A stretch of DNA of 63,978 bases, the filler included, from Sphacelaria rigidula (taxonomy: Eukaryota), in the NCBI GenBank assembly GCA_964200075.2. It is 8 parts of 8 records of this genome, joined end to end, with 100 filler letters (N's around TTAATTAATTAA, not from the genome) between each part and the next. Parts side by side here need not be neighbours in the genome. Positions count along the whole stretch, not along the records: positions 1 to 7,911 come from CAXNAA020013004.1; positions 8,012 to 15,921 come from CAXNAA020013005.1; 6 more parts are not named here. One strand, 5' to 3'. Positions 1 to 11,334 of the stretch are shown here, one piece after another; position 1 is the first letter of the stretch, and the number at the start of each line of letters is the position of its first letter. A model generated the notes under the pieces. That model was not told the DNA's origin. It was given only the letters and a program-made list of their open reading frames with translations, and searched no databases. A program made the translations under genes and the position numbers.

Positions 1-480
1 CCCCCGAAAATGATCGAAGGCACTTGCGGACGGTACTTCCCTCGGGTTTTTGTCGCATACTGGCTAGCCTCCTCAAACCTCATTTCATTGATCAACCTCA
101 TTTTATAGAAACCCCTGTTAACAGCGTTTCTCTTTGGAATGGGTCGGTGAAAGCGGGCGAGACCCTCGAGCCCAAGTTTTGTGCCTTTCAGGCGCAGGTA
201 GTGGCTTACTTTAGGCAGGAGAAATGTTTCGAAGCCCTCTTCAAACAAGTCCGAAAGATCCAACGAACATGTGTAATAATTTCGTTCGGGCGTGCGTGTG
301 TCGGCAAGACTTTTCACGCGTGTTCATCGGATATTTACGAGCCCCGGCACGTGAGCGTTTGCGTCCTGTAGACATCGTCGGATCTTCCGGGTCTGCAGGC
401 CAACCGGCACGGGGGCTACAATTTCTTGGTCGTTGCGTTTCGGCCTTTTTGGTGGGGTGTAACACACACAACAATAATAG

Positions 481-736
481 GAGTGACGCTACGGTAGGGG
501 TGCACAAATATTTTCTGAGGTTAAGATTGTTAGGAGCCCTGTACCTCATGTAAAACATTACTCATGAAATATTCAAAAGTACGCCAGGATTTCTACTCCA
601 ATGTGCTGGGGATATCCCGAATGAATTTGCAAACGGGGATGCCCTGACCCATATTCTTCTGCGTCTAGAATTGTTAGGAGCCCCTGAACTAGGCAACATT
701 TCGCGAAGAAAGTGTACCCCTACCGTAGCATTGCTC
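481..736. repeat. Dispersed repeat (ACCCCTACCGTAGC / TTGTTAGGAGCCC motifs), probable transposon end
   Basis: The reverse complement of 481-540 matches 56070-56131. Parts of the motif recur at 668-685 (same orientation) and 712-736 (inverted). Confidence 0.6.
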
Positions 737-1183
737 ATAGGTATTGCTGGGACTGTTTGGCGTATCTTCTGCGGAGCCGGCGGTACGGTCACCACCTCCC
801 TAACAAGGGTAGAGAAGGGTATGCGCTTGAGTATGAGAGGGTCCACACGTGAACAAGAACGGCAAAAGATACGTTTCCAGCAGAGAGCAGGGTGAACCCT
901 CCTGATTTGTTCACGAAAAAGGGCGCTGTGACAGGCAGCTTTATTACGCGCGGTAGTCAAGCCGAGTACCACGTGTGAACACGAAATGATCGGGCATGTT
1001 GCCTGGACACCTGGGACGTGTGGCTGAGGCGCTGGAACGCGTTTTTGAGGTGTTCTGCCCGCGTGCAGCCCCGCGCCCAAAACCGGAATATGTGTCACCC
1101 TTCATTGTTTTAGAACCACCAGAGTGTACCTTTTTTTGTATATTGCCTATTTTGGATCTTGGGGTATATGTTTTCGTTGGATT

Positions 1184-1400
1184 TGTGACGAAAATACGCC
1201 GTTACGTTGAGTTGGTAGTGATGATATGGATAATGACTGGGGACACAGATATGGTATCTGCAGGTCTAGCTGGTGCCCTGGAAGGTCACACCTGAATAAT
1301 GAGATTGTTGTAAAGGCTGACAACCGAAACTGAGGCCAGTAAGACTGGGGAGTCCCTCAACAGCAGTGATCCAGCAGTGCTTCCACTGGCTGGCGTCACA
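1184..1400 (+). mobile_element. 5' LTR of a Ty3/gypsy retrotransposon
   Basis: 217 bp bounded by perfect 7-bp inverted ends TGTGACG...CGTCACA, lying upstream of gag. No second LTR in the contig to confirm it. Confidence 0.65.
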
Positions 1401-1722
1401 ATATCGATATTAGTGCTAGTGCTAGTGTTAGTGCGAGTAGTGTCAGTGCTAGAGACCTGCTGTAAAGGAGTTCGGCGGAGTGAGTCTGGCAGCTGGGGAC
1501 AACCTGACATCACGGACGCGTGACGGGGGTTCAAGCTGGTGGTGGCTGCAGAAACGCGGCTGGCCCGTGATTGATCAAGACTGGAGACTTGCTGAAGCTG
1601 CGTGCAGCGGGAGGTTGGAAGCTCCTGCGACTGTGTGGTGCGGCGACGAAGCAAGGAAAGTGCAATTCGAGAAGGTCCACTGGCCTGCAGAGGTTCGCAG
1701 GTAGCCGGTTACAGCTACAGCT

Positions 1723-2648
1723 ATGGCTACCGGCTCACGAGGTACGTCCACCGTGACACCCGTGGTCATGCGGGGAGAATTTCGACCTCCCCAATACAGG
1801 GACAGGTACTCAGAGAGTGCATCTCGCACTTTTTACACGAGGTATTTGGAGTACAAGGAGCGTGTGGAGCACGCTAATGCAGGGGGTGCCGTGCGGCATC
1901 AGGTGGTGACAATGGTTCAACAAGTGTCAACTCATGCACAGAGAGTGTTTGCTCGTTTGAAACATAATGAGAGCACTCTCACCTCGCCGCAACCAATTGC
2001 GGCGATCAAAACGCACGCTGGGCACGCGGCAGGCGCCGAGGTAGATCTGACCCAAGCGTCCGCGGCCGTGGCGAAGGTTGTCGCAGTGGATTCTCGGGGG
2101 GAAACGATATTGGAGCGTGCGGAGCCCATCTTGGTCAATTTGGAGAAGTACTTTACGGAAAATCCGAACGTAGAACTAGTATATCGTTCCCCCGATGGTG
2201 AGTTTATTCCCGGCCCGGCAGCAGTAATCGCTAAGGCTTTGGTGGAAGGGCTGGCAGCGGAACATTTCAAGCAAGCCGTGCTTATTCAGCTACAGAATCA
2301 AACAGAATGGAAGGCCGACCCTTACCTGGTGATGAGCATCGTCGTGGCCAAGGCCAAGGGGTGGGGGAAAATAGAGGTGTTCGGCCAGTCGTCCACCTCT
2401 TCGCCGAAATCTTTGCGCAACCATGGCTCGAAATCGGCTGGTCGCGCCGCGTGTATTACTGGCCACCGCTGTGGCCAGGTCGGCCATCACGCGCACGATT
2501 GCCCAACATCTTCCGGTGGAGAGTCTAGGCAGTCTAGTGCCGCGTGCCATCAGCATCGTCAGCACAAGGGCAAAAGACGAGGTAGTCATAGTGGCGGCGG
2601 CGGACCCTCCGGCGATGGAGGGTCGCAGGCGAGCCCTCAGCAGCAGCC

Positions 2649-2689
<41 letters not shown>

Positions 2690-2985
2690 GGCAGCAGGGG
2701 CAGCGACGTCAGCATGGGCCTAGCTCTGGGTCCGGCGCCACCGTAGGTAGTGTTGCTCTGCAGCGGGCGGTGCAGGTGGGGCCGACTTTTACAGAGTCCA
2801 ACACTGCGCCGGCGCCGGTGATGGCGCCGGCGGCGACACCGGCAGCAGCGCCAGGCGCGACGCCTGTTGACGCGCTGGTCGGAGGGTCGCCAAATTCTTG
2901 GTTTGCTGGCTGGGGGGCGCGCGCGCCGGCGGTGCCGTTTGAACCTGCCGGGGCATCTTCGTCTGCGCAGCTTGCGCAGCCGTAG
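1723..2985 (+). CDS. gag: Ty3/gypsy Gag with degenerate zinc knuckle and poly-Gln tract
   Basis: 420-aa ORF. GHRCGQVGHHAHDC matches CX2CX4HX4C with the first Cys changed. It directly precedes in-frame protease and RT sequence. Confidence 0.8.
2638..2697 (+). repeat. (CAG)n microsatellite in gag
   Basis: Run of CAG codons encoding poly-Gln. Confidence 0.95.
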
Positions 2986-4103
2986 CGTCACGTGGGATTA
3001 GCGGCGCATAGGTCAGCGGAAGAAGTCCCCGTGAAGCTTGCCGACAGATACATTCCGGCGGAGTTATGTCTTCCGAATCAACGGCAGCGTGGAGCCATTG
3101 TGGGTCGGTCTGTGTTGGATTGCGGCGCCCATTTCACTAGTCTGCCGGTGCAGATGGTTAAGATGCTGGAGCGACAACTCCCGGGTGTGCCGCTGCGCAT
3201 CCCGTTTTCACTCGGGGCGCGGCAGGCAGTCACCGCGTCAGGTCAGCATGTTTCAGTCATGGAGCGTACTGTTCCGTTGCAGCTAGCCTTCAAGACTGCT
3301 TGGGGGCTGGCGCCGTTGCCTCCGATCTCGTTTGCGGTTATGCCAGGGTCGGATGGCGTTGTTCTTCTGGGGCTGCCGACGCTGCAGGAGCTAGGAGTCG
3401 ATCCGTATAAGTGGTTGAAGGACTCCATCAAGACGCGGATGTCTCCGCCTGGTCCGCACGTGGAGACGCCCGCCTTTTTGGGCAGTCGTCGCGTGAGCTT
3501 GTCGGTGGATACTTTTCAGGACGCTGGGGGGCAGGTGACCGAGGAGCGGGATGCGGCGGTGGAAAGCTTAGTAGAGCGCGGTCCGGATATGTTCATGGAC
3601 CCGGCGGAAGATGAGTCCACTCGGAAGGTCGCGCTGGAGGAGAGCGTGACGGATGCTGTAGCAAAAGGCCTCAGTGTCCCCAAAGCGGATCGCCTGCCCG
3701 GCATCTTGCATTGCCGCGTCAACGCGTTTCGTCATGCCCTGCGGGGTGATCCCCTTGCGCGCGTGGAGCCCTTGCGTGTTCAGCTGAAACCTAGGGCATC
3801 CGCGGGGAAGGCGAAGCCGCGGCGGTACGATCCGGTGAAGTCGAGTTGGTTGGCGTGGTGCATGGCGGCTCTTTTGGCGCTTGGGTTGGTAGTCCGGAAC
3901 CTACAGGCGGTATGGTCGAGTCCGGCGGAGGCGGTTCCCAAGAAAGACCCATTTCGCCTGGTAAGCGACAACAAGGCCGTAAATGATCAGGTTGAGAAGC
4001 CGCCGGGTGTGATGCCCAATCAAGAGTAGGACATGCGTGATCTCTTGAGTGCTCGTTGTTTTGGCAAGTTGGACCTCCTCCAAGGTTATTGGCAGATGCC
4101 GTT
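2986..4103 (+). pseudogene. pol: Ty3/gypsy pol (aspartic protease + N-terminal RT), disrupted and truncated
   Basis: Protease motif VLDCGAHFT and downstream VLLGLPTL. RT motifs WSSPAEAVPKKDPFRLVSD and FGKLDLLQGYWQMPL. In-frame TAG at 4027-4029. Homology ends abruptly at about 4103. Confidence 0.85.
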
Positions 4104-5243
4104 GTATGCCAAACATGAACAAAAAATACCCCTTCTTTTGGGGGGGAGAGGTTCGGGCGCTCTCGTTAAAAATATCCGTTACCATATACCTAAACGCCCC
4201 TTAACCGGTGAAAAAACGAAGAAAACCCTGGCTACGGTCCCCCTGCAGGCGGCCTAGCTTGGGCTATGCGACATTTGGGATCCAGGACAGCTCCGTTCTC
4301 GCAAAACGAAACGCTGCTTTCATGGGCATGTGGATGTTCGCCATGTACATCGACAACAGTTCCGGAGAACCCCCAACCGGTGTTGAGCGTGCAGTAAATA
4401 GCGTACGGGGTCAGCATGTGTGCAGTATGTGTCCGCTGGACTACAGTTGGACTACTTCAGTGTGTCATCGCTCTCCACTGAAAACAGTTTACTGCATGCT
4501 GCTGATATCTCTGCTTCATGTTCATCCAACACTACAGACAGTGTGAAGCTATGCTGGCAACACATGAGGCGTCAGACAGGCGGCACAGGCCTCGAGCAGG
4601 GTTCAAGAAAAAGTTATTTGTTTTCATGTAACCTATGATTGACCTGCCATGGCGAAAATGAGAAATACCGGTAGACAGCGAAGGAGCCCACCTTTAGGGG
4701 AACTACGTGCTCATTTTGACGGCCGTGACTGGTCAGAATGATCATTCGTGCCTCTCGGACCCCGTTATTGGATTAGAGAAGACACGTCCAACAAAACGTC
4801 ATCATGGCAATTTCATATCGAAAACATTGCACCGCGTGCCGAGTACAATTATTCCCTACAGAGCGGAACACAACAACACAGCAGGGCAGACAACCCCGGC
4901 GGAGAGTATGTTCTTTGGCAATTGTCAGCACAGCACAAAACACACAAACAGGTACAGCCCATGGGGCTTGTTGGTGTGTTGCTGCTCGGGGTACTCGTAC
5001 AGTCAACCGTTACGTGAAGCACCCTCATCTACAAAAGTTTCAAAAAATCAAATTTCATGAGACAGACTACTGCCTACGATCAAAGGCAACCCCGGCAAAG
5101 ACTACACCGCGTTTGCAAGGGCCAAGCACACTCCAGTACCGTCATAGGCACAGCATATGCGAGAAGGCATGACTGTGCTTATGCGCCAAAGCATATCAAC
5201 TTCCTGCATGCCGCTGGAACAGCAAAGCACATGCAGCACTCAC

Positions 5244-5601
5244 CAGCGTGGTGCTGGCTGACCCAGAGAAGCGGAGCCAGCAGGCCGGCGAGTTTCTGGA
5301 ACGTCTCCTTCGGCATACGGTACATCCGCTTGAAGCAGCCGCGCTCTTCCAGATCCTGCACATGTTCATCTCCGTCGAGACGCCTTGGCTCATGTACTGG
5401 CTTCCTTACTTCAGGACGGTGCATGGTGTGAGCGACACCCGATGACACCGCGGCCGCGACGATGACAGCTGCCGTGATGCCTCTCATCACGGACGCCGGG
5501 GTCACGTCCTCGTTGACCCGCCTTCGACGACTTGAGGACGACAATGCCGGTAACCCACGGCGCTTCCTACCCTCTGACATGGCCCAAGGTGTCACTGGCA
5601 A
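5244..5601 (-). mobile_element. PIF/Harbinger-type transposase, N-terminal exon (remnant)
   Basis: CFKRMYRMPKETFQKLAGLLAPLL resembles the FRM-x3-F-x2-L helix motif of Harbinger transposases. A GTGAGT donor follows. Candidate terminus ...GGCCC|TTA at 5816-5823. Confidence 0.6.
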
Positions 5602-6640
5602 GGTTACTCACGATTTTTGTACGCGTGCGGGCGTCACGGCGTGCGCCAAGGGCAGCTCTGCAGAGTATTGTGCTGGGTTACGAAAAATTGGACATTTACC
5701 AAACGTGAAGGCTTGGCGAAAAAATGTTGCCGCTTCATATTGGGAAAAGGTTCGAAAAAGGTGCGAAAACGCCTAAAATCAGGACGATCGCCGAAAACAT
5801 TGTGTCGAAAATAACGGCCCTTAGTTAGGCGCCCCTGTGCTGTTATGATTGGCGTGGGCGTCAGCTTACTCTGGGTTCGATTGCATTGCACAACAGTAGT
5901 ATTGACTGCTGTACGTTGCCCCCGCTTCGCGTATTGATGATATGTATCTGCACCTCCGTTGGTCCACTGCTTGTAGCTGCTGAGCGATTTGCTGTAGCTG
6001 TCCTTCGGTTCTGTTCCCGCTTGTTTACATCCGCGTAAGTGCCATGATGACGCACTTTGTTGGTTTCCTGACTACTCGTGGATTTGGCCGGAACTGCGTT
6101 CTACTTCCGCCTTGTGCATGTAGCCAACCGTTACTCTGTCTCACTACCGTGTGTTCATTCTGCTCTCGAACAGGGTATCGCACGCGCCACCGTACTACGG
6201 GCAAACTGTGTACCCGCGCACCACTATTACATTGATGGTGGTTAATAGTTGGTTTCGACGGCTCATGCTGTAGTAGCATATGGTTGGTTTGCCTTGTGCC
6301 GGCGAGCACAACAGATCTTGGTAGATACGCAACGCCCCCCTTCCCCCCGGGCGCCCTTTTGTGTGTTGTGGTACCCCACCGCGCAGCATGGTTCTGAGGT
6401 GTAGGAATCTGAACCGTCAGTCATCGAGGCAATAGCCTCCCCCTGTGACAGCACACGCATGATAATACCGGACGTCGCGTTGTTGACGTTGGCACAGTTG
6501 GTTCGAGTCTACAGTAGTTGATTCCCGCCATTCTGGGACAACGTCGCCTGACCGATTTCCTTGTCATGGTGTTTTTTTTTTCCGTTAACGGTACTACAAA
6601 TCGAGCCCCCTTTTCAGGACTCGCCTGATAATCAACGAAT

Positions 6641-6900
6641 TGTGGTTTTAGCGACAAAATTAGCCTTCGGATGTAAGCCCACGAGTTTTACGTGACCACC
6701 CCACGATGTTTGCCCACATCACTTCAGTTAGGCCTGATTGACCTTTTCCTGTATTTACACATGACTCCCGTCGGGAGTACTGTTGTTTTAGCGACAAAAT
6801 TTGCCCTCGGATGGAAGCCCACAATTTTTGCGTGACCACCCCACGATGTTTGACAACATCACTTCAGCCCGGCCCGGTTGAGCTTTTCCCTGTAGTATCA
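6641..6900 (+). repeat. Tandem duplication of a ~140-bp unit
   Basis: 6641-6780 and 6781-6900 share GTTTTAGCGACAAAAT...CGTGACCACCCCACGATGTTTG...CATCACTTCAG. Confidence 0.85.
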
Positions 6901-6991
6901 GATGGTCCCTGCCCCTTGTTAAGGAGAGAGGAATGGTCCCGTAAGCGCGCAGGTACTTCTAGCGCACCATGTCCCTCATCAGTGCAAAGTA

Positions 6992-7533
6992 CTCCCTCTG
7001 TCCGAAAATATAAGTCTCATTTGGGAATTTGGAATATAAGGTCGGTTTGTCGTTCAGAGCATTGCAATGAGTTTTTTTGCCTCATTTTTTTTTGTCGTGC
7101 TCCCAATTGTAGTACTGTTGAATAAATGGCCTAAAAGAGGGGATGGTTCGTTTTCATCCTCTCCCATGGATGTTTTTGGCCCCAGACGGATTTGCCGAAG
7201 ATCTGGTCAGAAAAAGACCGTGTCGTCTTTCCTCAGTTACGTGGCGAGGAAAACGTTTTTTTCAGTAGTGTTTTTTCCCGTGGAATCTTGGCTATATGTG
7301 GCCACCTGTAGGCGTGCACTTTGAAAATATATATATACCGTTGACCGGGAGCAAAACTGCAGGGTACCAAAAATTGGGACTTTTGAACCGAAAAAAAGGC
7401 ATGAAGGAAAAAAAAGAAGAAAAAAACGGTGTTCAAGAAGGGAATCGAACTCAGCACCTGCTCTTTCGTAGTCTAGAGCGTTTGATTTGACATGAGGTGC
7501 AAATCGGACTTGATATTTTCGGACAGAGGGGGG
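6992..7533. mobile_element. Stowaway-like (Tc1/mariner) MITE
   Basis: TA|CTCCCTCTGTCCGAAAATATAAGTC ... GACTTGATATTTTCGGACAGAGGGGGG|TA. Stowaway-type TIR and TA target duplication. Confidence 0.85.
7428..7490 (-). pseudogene. tRNA-like relic inside the MITE
   Basis: Minus strand reads GCTCT-AGACTACGAA-AGAGC (stem-loop containing ACG), then B-box GAGTTCGATTCC, then an oligo-T run. No complete cloverleaf. Confidence 0.4.
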
Positions 7534-7869
7534 TATAATCTTTTGCCGTACTATAGAATACTTGAGCTCGAACATTTTCCCTGGCAGAAGAACCGTCTTC
7601 GGACACAGCCCACCTGCCCCTTCCATATGCCGCTGCCCTTGCTGCTTACCAGCACCCCCTTCGGCCGATCTGGTCTGATATCAGGTCGTAGCCCCCCCCA
7701 ATACCGGTTGTATCGTAGGCCAAAACATGAGTTGCTATGACATACCGCCCGCATCCCTCGGCGATGCGGCGAGCGATAAGCCCACCTTGACGGATTCCAA
7801 AATCCCCCCGTCCGATCTGGTCAGATATCAGATCGAAGCCTTAGCCTATTAGCCTGGTCCGGCGAAAAC

Positions 7870-7911
7870 CCGGCATGCTCCGTCCCGGCTTTGTAGGGAT
7901 GCGAGGTCAAT
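7870..7911 (-). repeat. High-copy poly-G-headed repeat (contig-breaking family)
   Basis: Reverse complement ATTGACCTCGCATCCCTACAAAGCCGGGACGGAGCA matches 23895-23930 and, with two mismatches, 32155-32190. Related variants at 8270-8350, 39900-39951, 47945-47960 and 55906-55969. Confidence 0.8.
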
Positions 7912-8011
7912 NNNNNNNNNNNNNNNNNNNNNNNNNNNNNNNNNNNNNNNNNNNNTTAATTAATTAANNNNNNNNNNNNNNNNNNNNNNNNNNNNNNNNN
8001 NNNNNNNNNNN
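7912..8011. other. Artificial contig spacer (also 15922-16021, 23932-24031, 31942-32041, 39952-40051, 47961-48060, 55970-56069)
   Basis: Identical 100-nt N44-TTAATTAATTAA-N44 blocks separating contigs of 7911, 7910 and 7909 bp in descending size order. Confidence 0.98.
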
Positions 8012-8712
8012 TAGTACCGCCTAAAAAACCGTTCCCGAGGAGTTCCCTGGAAAATATAGACACAAAGCAATCACGTCCTCGTCTGAATTTCAGGGGAAGT
8101 AGATTGTGCGACTTTTAATCATTGAATTCGAAGTGGACTATTTTTTATGGGGAATTATACGTGTGAGACATGGGCGTCATCACACAACCCATGACTACTG
8201 TGTGACCTCGTTGAGTCCCCTAACCCGATACGGTGATGTGGTACTGTTCCGTTCATCACGCGAGGTGGTGGCGGGGGCGAGGGTCACTTATTTGTTGCTT
8301 GCCTCAGTCATTTGACCATCGACCGCACATCCCTTTCGAGACGGAGCAAGGAAGGACGGGGGTGGGGGCGGGGGGCGGGGGAGTTGTGCCCTATTTGGGA
8401 CCCTTTTTATCATTCCAGAGTCTGAAATGGCGCATGTGCTCCTCTCCATCGTGGGTTGAAAGCGCCCGTCCCGTCAGAGCAAAGCGAAAACGGAGCACCA
8501 ATCCGTCACACTTTTGTTCCTTCATTGTTTAAATGAAGAATACGAAATCATCTCAAAATACGGTAAAGACCGGATCACCGCACGTTTCAAGGTTTGGGCG
8601 TCAGTAGACTTCGTCGTCATGACCCCAAAGCAACCAGGCACAGCGCGAACCCTAACTCCGTGTTTCCCCCCCCCGCTCTTGTCAATTTGCGTATATCTTG
8701 ATCGGTCTTCAG

Positions 8713-10174
8713 TGCACCACCGGCACCTCGCCCGGCGGCGCAAGCTCCTGCCGTCCAGAATAGCCAAGGCGGGGGTATGATGGCGTCTATGGCCTCGACT
8801 ATGGCACAAGGATTTGCTTTTGGTTCTGGATCAGCGGTCGCCCACAGGTACGGATCTACGGTCCCATAATTGTCGGCGGATCGGGGGAAATGCAAGTGTG
8901 AGCGTAGTAACCCCGTCGCTGGCATCTGGCTTATGCATGCCGGTTTGCATTTAGATGCCTCGAACGTCAAGACACGCTAGCGTTCGCGGCTTGTGTTGTC
9001 ATGCAGATGCACCGTTGCACTCTCGATCTGTGTAGGAGCAGTTTGGATCTTTCTACTATCACATCTTGTGTTGTCGGCCGAGGCAGGGTGTCGCTTTCTT
9101 GAAGATGAAGGGAGAGAGGGGGTGGTAGAGCGAGACCGTGATGTAGACCTTCGTTCCCTCCTCCTGCCTTGTCCCCTGTATCCTGTAATGGTGAGACCTT
9201 GAGGTCTCGAGTCTTCTCGATGATCTGTAGATACCACTCTTTGAAGTAACCTGGTTTCCTCGCTGACTCCTCGCGCTTGAACCTCGCCTACGTCATGCGC
9301 ATTGATGTCCGTTGCTTGGCGGATGTGATGCTTACGGTAATGCAGGGCGGTGGGTGCGGTAATGGGTGGCGGCTCAGGGGGCCACGCGCCGGCGGAACAT
9401 GACCAACAGGCGGCGGTGAGTAGGTAGCTGCTGAGAATATGTCACCGATGGATGCTAGCCCAGCGGTATGCTTGAGCTGGCCTCACCATCAGAGTAAAAC
9501 TCATTTATGTCGATCACAAGGTCTGCAAACACTTGCCATTTGCCCCTCCTTCACGCAAAAATACACCGCACAACCGCAGGCGTGGGCGTGAGCACAGGCT
9601 TGACAGCACGAAACATGCCACCATTATTTATTTATTTCTCTCGTGCTGCTTGAAGTTTCCCAATGCTAATTCGTTTTCATTCTCACCCCGCGTATTCCGG
9701 TCTGCAGTGCGGTACGCAAGCAAAGCTTGAAGCAGGGACTGACGCTTTTACTTTCATTCACGGACGTGTCATGATACACACGAACCATCATTCGCCCCGA
9801 TGTGCGTTTTGTTCGCGGAATATTTCACACACGCTTCTTGTACTTATAGAGCAGCACGACCCCTCTGTTGTATCTTCACGTCCTCCCTTCCTCGAGTTTC
9901 CCCAATGCGTGAACTGATATGTGAATCGTTTGCTAAATGTATCATTTCGCGTGGGCGCATCCTCTCCCCCATGCGTGTGTGTGTGTGCGCGCGCGTGTGT
10001 GATATCTTGTCTTCGTTTTTATGCCGCGCACGCCAGGCTCAGCCCGCCGCGCACCAGCAGGCGCCATCGGATCCGTGTGAGATGGACAAGCAAAATTTTG
10101 GACAATGCCTTCAGGGAAACAACAATGACGTTACCGCTTGCCAGTTTGTGTTCGAGGCTCTGCAAACCTGCCAG
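8713..10174 (+). CDS. CHCHD2: CHCHD2/CHCHD10/Mic17-like mitochondrial twin-CX9C protein (internal exons)
   Basis: Exons 8713-8847, 9346-9415 and 10037-10174 with phase-compatible GT-AG introns. GGGMMASMASTMAQGFAFGSGSAVAHRAVG central motif and C-x9-C-x10-C-x9-C. First and last exons not identified. Confidence 0.9.
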
Positions 10175-10768
10175 GTAATGACAAGATCGGAAGATGATGC
10201 CACACACTTGTGATGCGCTGCACGGCGCGAGAATCATACACTTCCCCCACCCACTCCCCTCTCTTTCTGGGAGTGGGTTGTGTTGATGTCGTTTGTCCAG
10301 AGGTCGAATTTTCAAGTTGAATCTTTGTTCCAGATTGCATGTTGGGCTAGGTATCATTTATGAAATGAATACGTTGTTGGAAAAGCCGTTTTTCAAGAGC
10401 GCCATTTCTCCACAGTATTTTTCAAAGTAGCCCTTCTTGCGTGATCGATGCACTATCAAAATTGGAAACGTAGTGCTCATCGTTTCATGAGGTGTGTAGG
10501 CATAATTTCAAATTCTGGGGCGCGCCAGAGAGGCATAGTACTCTGCTATCGTGTCGTGGTGTACGGCACTGACTATGTACTACTGTGATACCCTGCCTGT
10601 GCACTACACGGTGGGCTGTGTGACGCAAGACGATCAATACGAACATCGCCTTGCTGTACTAACTGACTGGACGTGACGGTTGTGCTCTTTCACTGCACGG
10701 TAGTACTTAACTGAAAGGACAGCACGGACAACAGTACTGTGTTGTACACATTGGCTCTAGTGATGGAG

Positions 10769-11334
10769 TGGCTGCCATCACCACTGCTGTCGCTTGTGCA
10801 CGCGGGCAGTCAGCGTGTTGCTTTATTGTCCTTCGCTCGCCAGTGGCATGATACGCCTTACCCCCATGGGGACAGAACAGGGCAGGCTCGATGACGAGTG
10901 CCGTACCGATCCTCGGTAGTTTGCACAAAATTGTAGCTCAGCTTAGGTCTGTGCACGCAGCGTGTTGCGAACAGGACTCGAATACAGTACAGACTGCCAA
11001 AGCACCCAAGCCCTGTAAATACTACAGCAGTAGCACTGCGTATACTGTGGTCTTGTGTGTACAGTCGGTGCGGTCCTGTCTCAAAAAGTCTTGGGTGTGG
11101 GGGCAGCCTGTACTGCATTGCGAATGCGGTATGCAGCACGCTACATGCATAGACCTGAACTTCGACCTACAATACTGTCTTACATACAGAGTATTTGTAC
11201 AGCACACGTCATCGACCCTGTCCTGTACTGTTCTCATGGGGTAAAGGGCCACCATGATACTAACGAGCGAAGGACAATCAAGCAACACGCTAACTGCCCG
11301 CGAGCACCAGCGACAGTAGTGGTGATGGCAGCCA
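10769..11334. repeat. Long inverted repeat (138-bp arms, ~290-bp spacer)
   Basis: 10769-10906 is an imperfect reverse complement of 11197-11334. Confidence 0.85.

Noticed and set aside
2290-2991. Long antisense ORFs (also 33952-34551, 40107-40694, 52114-52845)
   Set aside because: Shadows of GC-rich or low-complexity sequence on the other strand, with no independent support.
7956-7967. TTAATTAATTAA recurring at ~8-kb period
   Set aside because: Artificial linker inside N runs, not a biological periodic motif.
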